Of a stretch of 64,000 bases of DNA, positions 40,616-50,301 are shown one piece after another (the first letter of the stretch is position 1; every line of letters starts with the position of its first letter). Source of the stretch: Candidatus Pacearchaeota archaeon (GTDB lineage Archaea; Nanobdellota; Nanobdellia; Pacearchaeales; GW2011-AR1). The stretch is from positions 10,300-74,299 of the forward strand of contig JACPHA010000006.1 of NCBI GenBank assembly GCA_016188825.1. Reading direction: 5' to 3'. The notes beneath the pieces were generated by a model. It saw only the letters and a list, made by a program, of their open reading frames with translations, did no database searches and was not told where the DNA came from. The translations under genes and the position numbers were made by a program.

Positions 40616-41704
40616 CTAATCATCAAATAATTTTTGTACAAAGGTTTTCCCAATAGCAGCAAGTCCCTCTTCTGGGGAATTAAACTCTGTTTCATCTTGT
40701 TCTCCAATTTTCTGTTCTAAGTTTCTCATATTAAATTCATGGCTGATTATTTTGTAATTAAGTCTTTTTCCGGCTAAATCTATCCCAATATTATACTCTT
40801 TTTTGGTTTCTAAACCATAGATTACTAGTTTGTTTCCAAACCACTTAGTCATTGGTATATTAGTAATTCCCTCCAAGATTGCTTTTACATCATCTTTTGT
40901 TTTTCCGTCAGTAAAACCATTAAATTTAATAAAAATTGCGCCGGTTTTTTCTCCGCTTAATGCTGGCTTAAAAGACTTCTCTTCTCTATCACTAACTTCA
41001 TTTAATTTATTTTCAAGATCTGAGGTATTCGTTATAGGAACAATTCTCTGCCTTAAAATTAATTCTTCTTCTCTTTCCGATGCTTTTTTAGCAGATTTTT
41101 TAGCAGCCTCTTTAACTCTTTCCTTAAAATCAATTCTTCTTCTTTCTTTCTCAATTATATCCATAAAATGCTCCTTATCTTCCCGTTTTAATTTGTCTTT
41201 ATTGACAAATTCATAAAGGAGTGCTGATGCGCGTCTATGATCAGCAGAATCAATTGCTTCCTGAATAATATCAGCATTACAATTAAACTGATAATTTCTA
41301 TACCATCTATCACCTAAAGCAATACCTGCTCCTAATGCGACTAATCCGGTTATAGAGGCGGCTATATATTTCCCTATTTTTAAGAACCCCTCTCCCACTT
41401 TTTTCCTTATTACTTGTTCTCTAACATCAGATAATTTTTTAATATCGCTACTGCCAGGATTTAATAATAACTGGGCCCCAATTGCTAGTGATAAATATCT
41501 AGAATTCTCCTCAAAAAAACTTTCTGAGACTTTCACATCTTCTGTTGTTAACTTTAATTTATCATAAGCTCGAATAAAATAATATCCATCCTTATGTCTT
41601 CTTAATGGCTCTAACCTAAATCTTTCCCGAATAACTTTTACATCTATCCCCTTCCTTATCCAAAAAATTTCTTCTAATTTTGTTGGTTCAAATTCTTCAT
41701 TCAT
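40616..41704 (-). CDS. Hypothetical single-TM protein
   Basis: Central TM followed by coiled coil; ATGA overlap with the upstream gene. Confidence 0.7.
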   Translation of the reverse strand: MNEEFEPTKLEEIFWIRKGIDVKVIRERFRLEPLRRHKDGYYFIRAYDKLKLTTEDVKVSESFFEENSRYLSLAIGAQLLLNPGSSDIKKLSDVREQVIRKKVGEGFLKIGKYIAASITGLVALGAGIALGDRWYRNYQFNCNADIIQEAIDSADHRRASALLYEFVNKDKLKREDKEHFMDIIEKERRRIDFKERVKEAAKKSAKKASEREEELILRQRIVPITNTSDLENKLNEVSDREEKSFKPALSGEKTGAIFIKFNGFTDGKTKDDVKAILEGITNIPMTKWFGNKLVIYGLETKKEYNIGIDLAGKRLNYKIISHEFNMRNLEQKIGEQDETEFNSPEEGLAAIGKTFVQKLFDD

Positions 41705-42765
41705 GATCCAATACCTCTATTACTCCTATAATCTTTTAAGTTACCGAAAAATCCTGCTTTAAGGTAGGCATCACCTTGAATCTCATGCACACAATTTCTA
41801 ACTTTTCTTTGGTCACTAAAATTCCACGCCACACTTAAGCCCAAAGCGCAAAATAATAGTGGACTGCCTATGTTTACTATACTATAAAAAGACTCGTCAG
41901 GGTCTGTAATAATGGCGCCACCGAAACTTATTAAAACACCAAATCCTCCACCAATAAACCATCCAAAAATTCCGGTCTTTAATAATCCTTTTATCAATTC
42001 CTTTTTTATTCGGGGGTGGTGAGAAAAATTTATTTTATCATCTATCCCATTTATTATAAACTGGGCATTCTCTAAAGTTAACATGCCATTTTTATATCTC
42101 CCAATATTGTCTGTCTTTCCATCTGACACCTTTAAAAAATTCTCACTCTCAAAAGTAAATTCTGCCTCTCTCGCTTTAATTCCAATTGGCAAATTCAATG
42201 AATCTAAAAAATAATCTCCTCCATAATGCATATTATTCCCCTCAAATTCTTCTTCTAATCTATTAATAATGGGTTTTACAGGATTGATTTTGGATAGCAC
42301 TACAACCCCTCCCTCTTTATAAGTCATACATGCAAAATTTCTAATCTCTTCGAGATTAGCACTATAAACTCTTAATCTGTTTGATCCTGAAGGCAAATAT
42401 TTCCTCACAAATCCGTCTATATCTCCACCGGACCATAAATGATCAACAAGCGTGGGATATAAATTTATTCTAATTTCGTCATTAGTCTGCCCATGACTAT
42501 CAATAACAAAAAAAGTTCTTTTCCTGGTTTTAATTTGTTTTTCACATTCTAAATAGGGTGTTAAAAAAGCAGTGCCGTGAATCCTATATATCCTTCCTTC
42601 CTCAGTCATTATTTCTGAGTCTATTAATCTAATAACCCTCATTCTACCATCTTCCTCAACAGCAACATTTCTCCCAGCACTAACAGAAGCCTCTACAAAA
42701 ATATCTTCATTACTATAAAGCGCGCGAATATTCTTGGCTAATGTGCCTAAATTCTCCATTGGCAT
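41701..42765 (-). CDS. Hypothetical protein with two C-terminal TMs
   Basis: 354-aa ORF in an operon. Confidence 0.7.
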   Translation of the reverse strand: MPMENLGTLAKNIRALYSNEDIFVEASVSAGRNVAVEEDGRMRVIRLIDSEIMTEEGRIYRIHGTAFLTPYLECEKQIKTRKRTFFVIDSHGQTNDEIRINLYPTLVDHLWSGGDIDGFVRKYLPSGSNRLRVYSANLEEIRNFACMTYKEGGVVVLSKINPVKPIINRLEEEFEGNNMHYGGDYFLDSLNLPIGIKAREAEFTFESENFLKVSDGKTDNIGRYKNGMLTLENAQFIINGIDDKINFSHHPRIKKELIKGLLKTGIFGWFIGGGFGVLISFGGAIITDPDESFYSIVNIGSPLLFCALGLSVAWNFSDQRKVRNCVHEIQGDAYLKAGFFGNLKDYRSNRGIGS

Positions 42766-42774
42766 CTTAAAAAA

Positions 42775-43227
42775 TTATTTATAATTTATTACCCCTGTCC
42801 TAACAAAAATAATTGGCATGCCAATAACTTGATTCAAAACAATTTTATTATTTTGGGTATAAAGAGTTAATTCGGGATCCAGCACCCGCGCAAACACAAT
42901 ATCGCTATCTTTTCTATCAAATGCTTCCTCGGTTTTATTTCTTCTATATCCTATTACATGAACCTCTCCTTCATCAATACCTATGCTCTTTGGTGGTATT
43001 TTAACAAGTAATCCATTAACTTTAATATACATGGGCTTTGTATATTCTACTTCTGCCTTCATTATATCATTATATAAGCTTCTTCCCGGCACACTAACAG
43101 AAATTTCTCTTCCTTTTATTACCAAATTTTTTGTTTTGAAAGATAATTTCCCTCTGCGTACCTTTTCTAACCTCTTAATAAGGTCCGAGGTACAACTCTC
43201 ATCAATTATCATAGTTTCAATTCCCAT
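42775..43227 (-). CDS. Hypothetical protein
   Basis: First gene of the operon; GGAGG SD-like sequence upstream on the minus strand. Confidence 0.65.
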   Translation of the reverse strand: MGIETMIIDESCTSDLIKRLEKVRRGKLSFKTKNLVIKGREISVSVPGRSLYNDIMKAEVEYTKPMYIKVNGLLVKIPPKSIGIDEGEVHVIGYRRNKTEEAFDRKDSDIVFARVLDPELTLYTQNNKIVLNQVIGMPIIFVRTGVINYK

Positions 43228-43347
43228 TGTTATCCTCCAATTCTTTAATTATATATAAGCACTATTCTTAATAAATTTATCTCGAAAAAAATGGAAAATT
43301 TTGCAAAAAAGTTAAATTTATATAGTTTAAATGGAATATTTTTCCAT

Positions 43348-43791
43348 ATGGTAAAATTGGACAAAAAAGATTTTCAAATACTTCAGTTGCTAAAAGAAAA
43401 TGCAAAACTAACAACATCAAAGATTTCCAAGAAAACTGCAATACCTATTACGACAGTCCATAACAGAATTAAAAAACTGCAAAAAGAAGGAATAATCAAA
43501 AATTATACGGTAAAAGTTGATAATAAAAAATTAGGTAATTTAATTAGTGCCTATATCCTTATTAACGTAGATTACTCGACAATAAAAAAACTAAATCTCA
43601 CTCAATTAGATCTTGCTGACAAAATAAAAAAACATCCCAATGTGCAAGAAGCAGATGTAATCACCGGGCAAAAAGATATGATAGTTAAAGTGAATGTTAA
43701 AGACATGCTTGAATTAAACAAGTTTATATCAGAATCGCTTCAAATTATCCCAGGAATAAAACAAACTGAAACCGTAGTTGTAATGGAATAA
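43348..43791 (+). CDS. Lrp/AsnC family transcriptional regulator
   Basis: LDKKDFQILQLLKENAK..TVHNRIKKLQKEGIIKNY; ITGQKDMIVKV; palindrome ATGGAA-TATTT-TTCCAT at 43331-43347. Confidence 0.93.
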   Translation: MVKLDKKDFQILQLLKENAKLTTSKISKKTAIPITTVHNRIKKLQKEGIIKNYTVKVDNKKLGNLISAYILINVDYSTIKKLNLTQLDLADKIKKHPNVQEADVITGQKDMIVKVNVKDMLELNKFISESLQIIPGIKQTETVVVME

Positions 43792-43851
43792 TTTCTTAAG
43801 AATAAAATAACCGTCAAAAACATTTAAATAATCCTTTCTCTTAAATTAAAA

Positions 43852-44382
43852 ATGGCAGCAGAGGGATTTACATACGGCGGGCAGACAATTTTATCAAACC
43901 CAATTTTCGTCGAAACGATCTTGCCTTTCTTGCTGGTGTTCACAATTGTATTTGCAATTCTGCAGAAATCAAAAATACTCGGAGAAGGAAAAAAACAAAT
44001 TGACGCAATTGTTTCTCTCGTTGTCGGATTGCTCGTTATCTCATTCGGCCAGGCAACAGGAATCATTGTTCAATTAATCCCGTTTCTTGCAGTCAGCTTG
44101 GTTATAATTCTTGTCTTGATGCTTCTCCTAGGCTCTTTTATGAAAGGCAAGTTAGAGGAAAATCTGCCAAAAGGAATAAAATACGTTTTAATGGCAGTTG
44201 TTCCAATCGCAGTTGTAATCGCGGTGATGTACATAACAAATGCTTGGATATATCTCTATGATATTATTTTCATTGCCGGCAGCTCAAATCTTTTAACTAA
44301 TATATTTTTCATAGGAATTGTCATCGGAGCAATTATCTTTGTTTTAGTTGGAAGCAAAGATTCCGGTGAAAGCAAGAAGTAA
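43852..44382 (+). CDS. Conserved multi-TM protein, paralog 1
   Basis: ILPFLLVFTIVFAILQKSKILG motif. Confidence 0.8.
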   Translation: MAAEGFTYGGQTILSNPIFVETILPFLLVFTIVFAILQKSKILGEGKKQIDAIVSLVVGLLVISFGQATGIIVQLIPFLAVSLVIILVLMLLLGSFMKGKLEENLPKGIKYVLMAVVPIAVVIAVMYITNAWIYLYDIIFIAGSSNLLTNIFFIGIVIGAIIFVLVGSKDSGESKK

Positions 44383-44584
44383 CCTTAATATTTTAATAAT
44401 TAATTTTTCAGTATAAGTTATAATAAAATTAGTGATTTATATTTTTGGGATTATCTATTAATAATTCCTAGCAAATAATTAATATGTTATTTAGATTACT
44501 TATAATCATTAATTAACATAATGACAAAAATCTCTCTCAAAAACAATCAAAAAAGAAATCTTTATATGTGAAGTTTTATGCTTA

Positions 44585-44750
44585 TAGAGAATTCGTTGGT
44601 GATATATTCCCGCTCATTCGAATCGTCAAGAACTTTCAGTTCTTGAGCGTGCTCAAGATGTGTCCATCTTGACATGTCCAGACAAAGAATTTAGATAATT
44701 TAGTTTCAAATTCTCTGTAAAACGAGCAATTAAAGATTGCGAGTGTATAG
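44585..44750. repeat. Intergenic multi-hairpin element of the TCAAGA..TCTTGACAT family (boundaries approximate)
   Basis: TCAAGAAC-TTTCA-GTTCTTGA followed by GTGCTCAAGATG-TGTC-CATCTTGACAT (44649-44675). Confidence 0.65.
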
Positions 44751-45005
44751 GTTCATGACATTTTTCACCACCTAAATACCTTAAAGCATAATCAATTATT
44801 ATCTAACGAAGATTTGATAACAGACTTACTATGGATTTGTAAAACAGGTTTTTGTTCATTAATACGACACATGGCGTAGTTTCTATTATTTAAAAATGGT
44901 TTGTTATTGCGCCCGTAAATAACTTTTACTAGTGAAATATCTTTTGGACCTATACATTAAAGATTGCGACGCAATCTTTATAAACAAACCTTCATTTATT
45001 AAAAA

Positions 45006-45551
45006 ATGCCAATCGGAACCATTGCAGACATATTGTATAGCTGGGAATCAATAGGTGTCTATGATTTCATTCTTCCATTTCTGTTAGTTTTCGCGCTTGT
45101 TTTCGGAATTTTAAACGCAACACAATTTCTGGGAAAAAATCGTCCGGTCTATATCATAGTTGCTCTCGCAATCAGCTTAATGTCTCTTCGCTACTCATTT
45201 TTTGTTTCTGATTTTCTTTCGGAATTATTTCCAAGACTCGGAATAGGGCTCGCTGTTTTGCTTGCTGTTCTAATTTTTGTCGGGTTGTTTATTGCAGAAG
45301 AAGAACAAAGATACTGGGGATATGGTCTCGCGGCTATTGGTGCCTTAATAGCAATAATCATTATCTTTCAAACATTCGACCGCACCGGATTATACCTCGG
45401 CGGCTATACTTCTGATACTGTTAGCTACATAATTCTATTTGTTTTGCTTGTCGGAGTTATTATTGCTGTTTCAACAAGCGGAGGACAGAAAAGCAAAGAT
45501 ACAAATAAAGGTAAAGCAAAGTTTAAAGTCTGGAGAGAAGAATCACAATAA
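45006..45551 (+). CDS. Conserved multi-TM protein, paralog 2
   Basis: ILPFLLVFALVFGILNATQFLG. Confidence 0.8.
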   Translation: MPIGTIADILYSWESIGVYDFILPFLLVFALVFGILNATQFLGKNRPVYIIVALAISLMSLRYSFFVSDFLSELFPRLGIGLAVLLAVLIFVGLFIAEEEQRYWGYGLAAIGALIAIIIIFQTFDRTGLYLGGYTSDTVSYIILFVLLVGVIIAVSTSGGQKSKDTNKGKAKFKVWREESQ

Positions 45552-45557
45552 ACCAAA

Positions 45558-46073
45558 ATGCCAGCTGACTTATCTGCCATATCATACTTCGCACCAATTC
45601 TAGCATTCCTGATTGTTTTCCTGATTGTATTTTCAGTTTTGATAAAAACAAAAATCCTCGGAGAAAACAAATGGTTTGTTCTATTTATTTCATTCATCAT
45701 AGCAACAATTTTCATCTCAACAGCCGGAGCAGTAAAATACATTGGAACAATTGTCCCATGGTTTGCTGTCCTTCTTGTCAGCCTTGCATTCCTCCTAGTC
45801 ATAATCGGCTTTGTCGGCAAGCCTGCAGAATCATTCACAAAAGGAATCGGCGTGGCCTTCATAATAATCCTTGCTCTAGTATTCATAATCTCCGCGTTCT
45901 TCATTTTCTCCTATTTATTCACGCCTTACATTCCGGGCCCCGGCTATGGCTCTGGTTTGGATGAAAAAACTTTATTTGCTCTCGACACTCTTTACTCCTC
46001 ACAAATCCTCGGAGCCATTCTTTTAATTGTAATTTCCGCCATTGTCAGTTGGGTTTTAGTGAAAACAAAATAA
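45558..46073 (+). CDS. Conserved multi-TM protein, paralog 3
   Basis: ILAFLIVFLIVFSVLIKTKILG. Confidence 0.8.
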   Translation: MPADLSAISYFAPILAFLIVFLIVFSVLIKTKILGENKWFVLFISFIIATIFISTAGAVKYIGTIVPWFAVLLVSLAFLLVIIGFVGKPAESFTKGIGVAFIIILALVFIISAFFIFSYLFTPYIPGPGYGSGLDEKTLFALDTLYSSQILGAILLIVISAIVSWVLVKTK

Positions 46074-46217
46074 AAAATTCAGACTCTGTAAATAGCCTTT
46101 GAAACTAATATTTTTATTCTTCCTAGAAAAAGACGTAATATCGAGTATCTCTTTAACAACCAATTTAATTTGGACGTATTAATTTAACATTAAAAAAGCT
46201 TTTAATCATTTATATTC

Positions 46218-47108
46218 TCACTTATGATGTTTCTTCTTGACATGGTGTTCATGTTTTCTATGGTGCTCTCCTGTATGGTGCACAGCATGGTGATGAACAT
46301 GATGTCCTTCCTTTTTCTTCCTTTCCCTAACAGGCTTCCCAACTAGTGCTCCAAATGATTTCTGTGTTTCCTCTAATTCAGTTTTAATATCCTTAACGTC
46401 ATTGACATACTCCCCAACCTTTTGCAGCACAGCGATCTCAACCCTCTCAATTATTTTTTCAATTCTCTTCAGTCTATCTTCAACATCACTCATTTTTGCC
46501 TCTGCTGTTGTTCTAAAATCAAGTGCCTTTTCCAATTTATCATGCATTAAAGATAACTTCTCGCTAACTACCTGCTCTGCAATCTCGCTTATTACATCAG
46601 AGCTCATCGCTTCCTGATAAGGCTGATATTGCTGTTGATATCCTCGTGTTTGTCCATAACCACCATATTCTCCTCCTTGCATTCCACTCTGTGCATATTG
46701 ATCATAACCACCATAATCCTGCTGTCCTCCTTCTGCATACTCTTGCGTCATCCGTTCGCCGCCCTGCTCCTGCTCTACCATAGATGGCTGCATTCCTTCA
46801 TACCCCTTGGGCTGCTCTGAATATTCAATTGCCGCTGGTCCAGAAAAACTTTGCATAGTAGGATAATTAACTAAACTCTCCCCAGGCGAAGGAGTCAGAG
46901 GCATTTCTTCCCCTGTTTCTTCGGCTTGACTTGTCTGCCTTTCTTGCCCTAAATCATCCTCACCGGCAACCGCTCCTCTTATCTTTGCCCGAGAAATAAC
47001 ATCCTGTATTTCTCTATCAGCCAATCCTTTCCTCTTCAAATTATTAAAAACCTCTTGCTCTGACATCCCCTCATCAATCATCCCCTCAACTTCATCTAAT
47101 GTTCCCAT
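46218..47108 (-). CDS. Hypothetical coiled-coil protein with a Q/G/Y low-complexity centre and His-rich tail
   Basis: EIAEQVVSEK coiled coil; GHHVHHHAVHHTGEHHRKHEHHVKKKHHK. Confidence 0.8.
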   Translation of the reverse strand: MGTLDEVEGMIDEGMSEQEVFNNLKRKGLADREIQDVISRAKIRGAVAGEDDLGQERQTSQAEETGEEMPLTPSPGESLVNYPTMQSFSGPAAIEYSEQPKGYEGMQPSMVEQEQGGERMTQEYAEGGQQDYGGYDQYAQSGMQGGEYGGYGQTRGYQQQYQPYQEAMSSDVISEIAEQVVSEKLSLMHDKLEKALDFRTTAEAKMSDVEDRLKRIEKIIERVEIAVLQKVGEYVNDVKDIKTELEETQKSFGALVGKPVRERKKKEGHHVHHHAVHHTGEHHRKHEHHVKKKHHK

Positions 47109-47111
47109 TGT

Positions 47112-47453
47112 CTAATATTCCTCCCTAAACAAATTAAATTGCCTCTGCAAAATCATCAATTCCTCTTTCCTCGCAAGATTATTAGCATGCTCGTTAAGTC
47201 TTGACAAAATCTCTTTCATCCTAATATTTTCATTCTTCAAATTCTCAATAACTTTTTTCATCTCCTGAATCTCGTTAAAATTCTTTTCTCTTTCCTTGAC
47301 AAAACTTTCACTTATCAAAATCATTCTATCTCTCAATAATCTCTGCTTATCCTCTAAATCCCGGAGTCTTGTACTAATATCAGAAAAAAAATTACTCCAA
47401 TAACCTTGCTGTTCTCCTCCCGTCACCTCTGTCATGTTTCTACAACGCATCAA
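47112..47453 (-). CDS. Small coiled-coil protein
   Basis: RLRDLEDKQRLLRDR...ARKEELMILQRQ; divergent from the ATPase. Confidence 0.75.
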   Translation of the reverse strand: MMRCRNMTEVTGGEQQGYWSNFFSDISTRLRDLEDKQRLLRDRMILISESFVKEREKNFNEIQEMKKVIENLKNENIRMKEILSRLNEHANNLARKEELMILQRQFNLFREEY

Positions 47454-47528
47454 GGGTTTAAAATCATTTGGGATTTTATGTTTACCAAAACCAAAACATA
47501 TTTAATTCTCAACTTGCTTTAAATTAAA

Positions 47529-49802
47529 ATGCAATTCAAAAAGGGCTCCCAATTATATGCAATAGAAATCGAGCGCGAGCAAGACGAAGATGTTTTATAT
47601 ATGAACACTCTTGGCGCTCCTTTTGTCCCATCAATAGCCGAAGATCCATTAATAATGTCGCGCGCCATTAATTTCCTAGCACAAAACGCAAATGTCTCAA
47701 GAATTGTTTTTGTCCAGCAGAGAAATTACAACTACCCGCACGAGCAAATCTTGCTTCTTGCAGAAATCGCGAGAATTTACAATTTCCTGACAAAACAAGA
47801 AGAAATCCTAAGCCCAAAGCGCCTTTCATTGTTCGGAAATTCCCCGGAAATTTATTCTGATTTGCAATACCTCTTGGAATTGCTAAAACAAGACCCGGTT
47901 TCTTGCTATGCAGAATTAAAAAAGAGAATAAAAGATTTAAGACAACAATTAGAGCACGGCAAAACATTTAACAAATCTTATTCGATTAACTACCTCCGCG
48001 TCTTAGAAAGATTTTTCTCTATTCTCGAAAACACAGAATTAATAAAAAATCTATTGCCTGAAATTTCAGAGCATGCTTTCGGAAAAAGAGATATTTACAA
48101 ACCTGTTTTTCGCCCAGAGGTTTTGCCAAACTTTACATTCACTCGTCTTGCTGCCCAGCTGCCTCAAAATGCAGAATTAATTGACCAGTATGAGCTTGTT
48201 GATGAATTTGAAAAAATTGTTATAACAGTATTAAAAAAAGAAAATGACCCAAAATATTTCTATCATATTCTCCCTCAAGAATATCTCCTGACAGAAGATC
48301 ACCATTTACTTCTTAACCTCGCAAAAAACGTTTTATCAGAGCACCGCCCAAAGACAGAAGAGTTCACAGACCCAAGCAGAACAAGGCAGGTTTTTTTCAA
48401 TGTCTCTCGCGATATGCTGTCTGAATTATCAAAAACAAAAAACATTCCTTTAAGTCATAGAGAACTTGATGCGTTGGCAAAAATACTTGTCCGCCATACA
48501 ATAGGTTTTGGAATTTTAGAATTGCTTTTGCTTGATAAATATCTTCAAGACGTTGTCTTAAATGCCCCTATAACGCAAAGCCCTGTTTTTGTCAGGCATG
48601 AAAAATACGACGAGTGCTCAACAAACATAATTCTAAGTTTCGAAGAAGCAAACTCCTGGGCCGCAAAATTAAGATTATTGAGCGGCCGCCCGTTAGATGA
48701 AGCAAACCCTGTTCTTGACACAAGTATTGTTCTCGAAAAATCCAGGGCAAGAGTCTCGGCAATCGCAGAGCCATTATCTCCAAGCGGTCTTGCTTACGCA
48801 TTTCGTCGTCATCGTGATCAGCCCTGGACACTCCCTCTGTTCATTAATAACAAAATGATTAATTCTTTTGCAGCCGGTCTGTTAAGTTTTCTAATCGATG
48901 GCTCCCGAACTCTGCTCGTTGCAGGGACGCGCTCATCTGGAAAAACCTCTCTCTTGGGTTCATTAATGCTGGAAATCATGTCAAAATTCAGAGTTCTGGT
49001 AATTGAAGACACTCAAGAACTTCCAATAGATACATTAAGAAAAATCGGTTATGACATTTTAGGAATGAAAGTTCGTTCTGCTCTGACATCGGGCACAACA
49101 GAGGTCGAAGCATCAGAAGGAATCAGAGCAAGCTTAAGGCTTGGCGACAGCGCATTAATCATCGGCGAAGTAAGAAGCGAAGAAACAAAGGCATTGTATG
49201 AAGCAATGCGCGTCGGTGCTCTTGCAAACGTCGTCGCTGGCACAATCCACGGAGACTCTCCCTATGGCGTCTTCGATAGAATTGTCAATGATTTAAATGT
49301 TCCACCAACAAGTTTCAAGGCAACAGATATAATAATAATAGCAAACCCAATAAAAACTCCAGATGGTTTGCATTCAATAAAAAGAGTTGTTCAAATAACA
49401 GAAGTTCGAAAACACTGGACTTCAGACCCATTGGAAGAAAAAGCCTTTGTTGATTTAATGCGCTATAATGTTGAAAACGACGAGCTAGAGCCAACACCAG
49501 AATTAATAAATGGTGATTCAGAAATAATAAAAAACATAGCCGGAAATGTGCGCGGCTGGGCCGGCAACTGGTCTGCTGTTTTTGACAACATAATTCTGCG
49601 CGGCAAGGTAAAGCAAGAAATTGTTGAGGCGGCTAACAAATTAAACAAACCCTATTTAATGGAATCTGCTTTCAATTCCATAGCGAACTCTATCTTCCAT
49701 GAAATAAGCGACGAAGTCGGAGAAAAACATGGCCTTCCCTTATCGCAATTCGTATTTTCAAAATTCAAGGAATGGCTTTACAAAGCCGCGGAAAAATTTT
49801 AA
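47529..49802 (+). CDS. Type IV pilus / type II-IV secretion assembly ATPase (VirB11/FlaI-like)
   Basis: Walker A GTRSSGKT, IEDTQEL, LRLGDSALIIGEVRSEE, GTIHG. Confidence 0.93.
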   Translation: MQFKKGSQLYAIEIEREQDEDVLYMNTLGAPFVPSIAEDPLIMSRAINFLAQNANVSRIVFVQQRNYNYPHEQILLLAEIARIYNFLTKQEEILSPKRLSLFGNSPEIYSDLQYLLELLKQDPVSCYAELKKRIKDLRQQLEHGKTFNKSYSINYLRVLERFFSILENTELIKNLLPEISEHAFGKRDIYKPVFRPEVLPNFTFTRLAAQLPQNAELIDQYELVDEFEKIVITVLKKENDPKYFYHILPQEYLLTEDHHLLLNLAKNVLSEHRPKTEEFTDPSRTRQVFFNVSRDMLSELSKTKNIPLSHRELDALAKILVRHTIGFGILELLLLDKYLQDVVLNAPITQSPVFVRHEKYDECSTNIILSFEEANSWAAKLRLLSGRPLDEANPVLDTSIVLEKSRARVSAIAEPLSPSGLAYAFRRHRDQPWTLPLFINNKMINSFAAGLLSFLIDGSRTLLVAGTRSSGKTSLLGSLMLEIMSKFRVLVIEDTQELPIDTLRKIGYDILGMKVRSALTSGTTEVEASEGIRASLRLGDSALIIGEVRSEETKALYEAMRVGALANVVAGTIHGDSPYGVFDRIVNDLNVPPTSFKATDIIIIANPIKTPDGLHSIKRVVQITEVRKHWTSDPLEEKAFVDLMRYNVENDELEPTPELINGDSEIIKNIAGNVRGWAGNWSAVFDNIILRGKVKQEIVEAANKLNKPYLMESAFNSIANSIFHEISDEVGEKHGLPLSQFVFSKFKEWLYKAAEKF

Positions 49803-49822
49803 TTTCTAAAATTTTTCTTATT

Positions 49823-50252
49823 TCATTTAGAAACCCGACCGTAATTCTCCTGCACTAAAAGCCTAAGTTGTTCCAGACCAACATCACAACTCATTAGCAC
49901 TTGAGCAGCAACACTATCTTGTTCTCTTAACAGTCCTAACAATAAATAACCTGTTCCAAAGACATGAATGTTACTATTATTAACTTCTTCTATCATGTAT
50001 TCTAAACATTTTTTAGCACGAGGAGTTAAAGGTAAAATGCGATCGCTGTCATATCCTCCTTCTGGTCCTGATTTAACTAAAGTTTTAATATACCTTTTCA
50101 TTAGCTGTGAAATTAGATTATCGTCTCTAGCAGTAAAATACTGAGCCAAAATCTTGCTTCCTTCTCCTCTCTCTTCCAAAACACCTAAAAGCAAGTGCTC
50201 TCTTCAAACCTTCGCTAAACCTTTGCTCATAACTAGTAGGATAATTAGCCAT
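49823..50252 (-). pseudogene. Standalone Clp N-terminal repeat protein, frameshifted
   Basis: LTPRAKKCLE..GTGYLLLGLLREQDSVAAQVL; upstream MANYPTSYEQRFSEGLKRAL is out of frame with EHLLLG. Confidence 0.65.
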
Positions 50253-50301
50253 TACTTTTCTTTTATTGAAACATATTTAAATATTTATATAATGAAAACC
50301 C

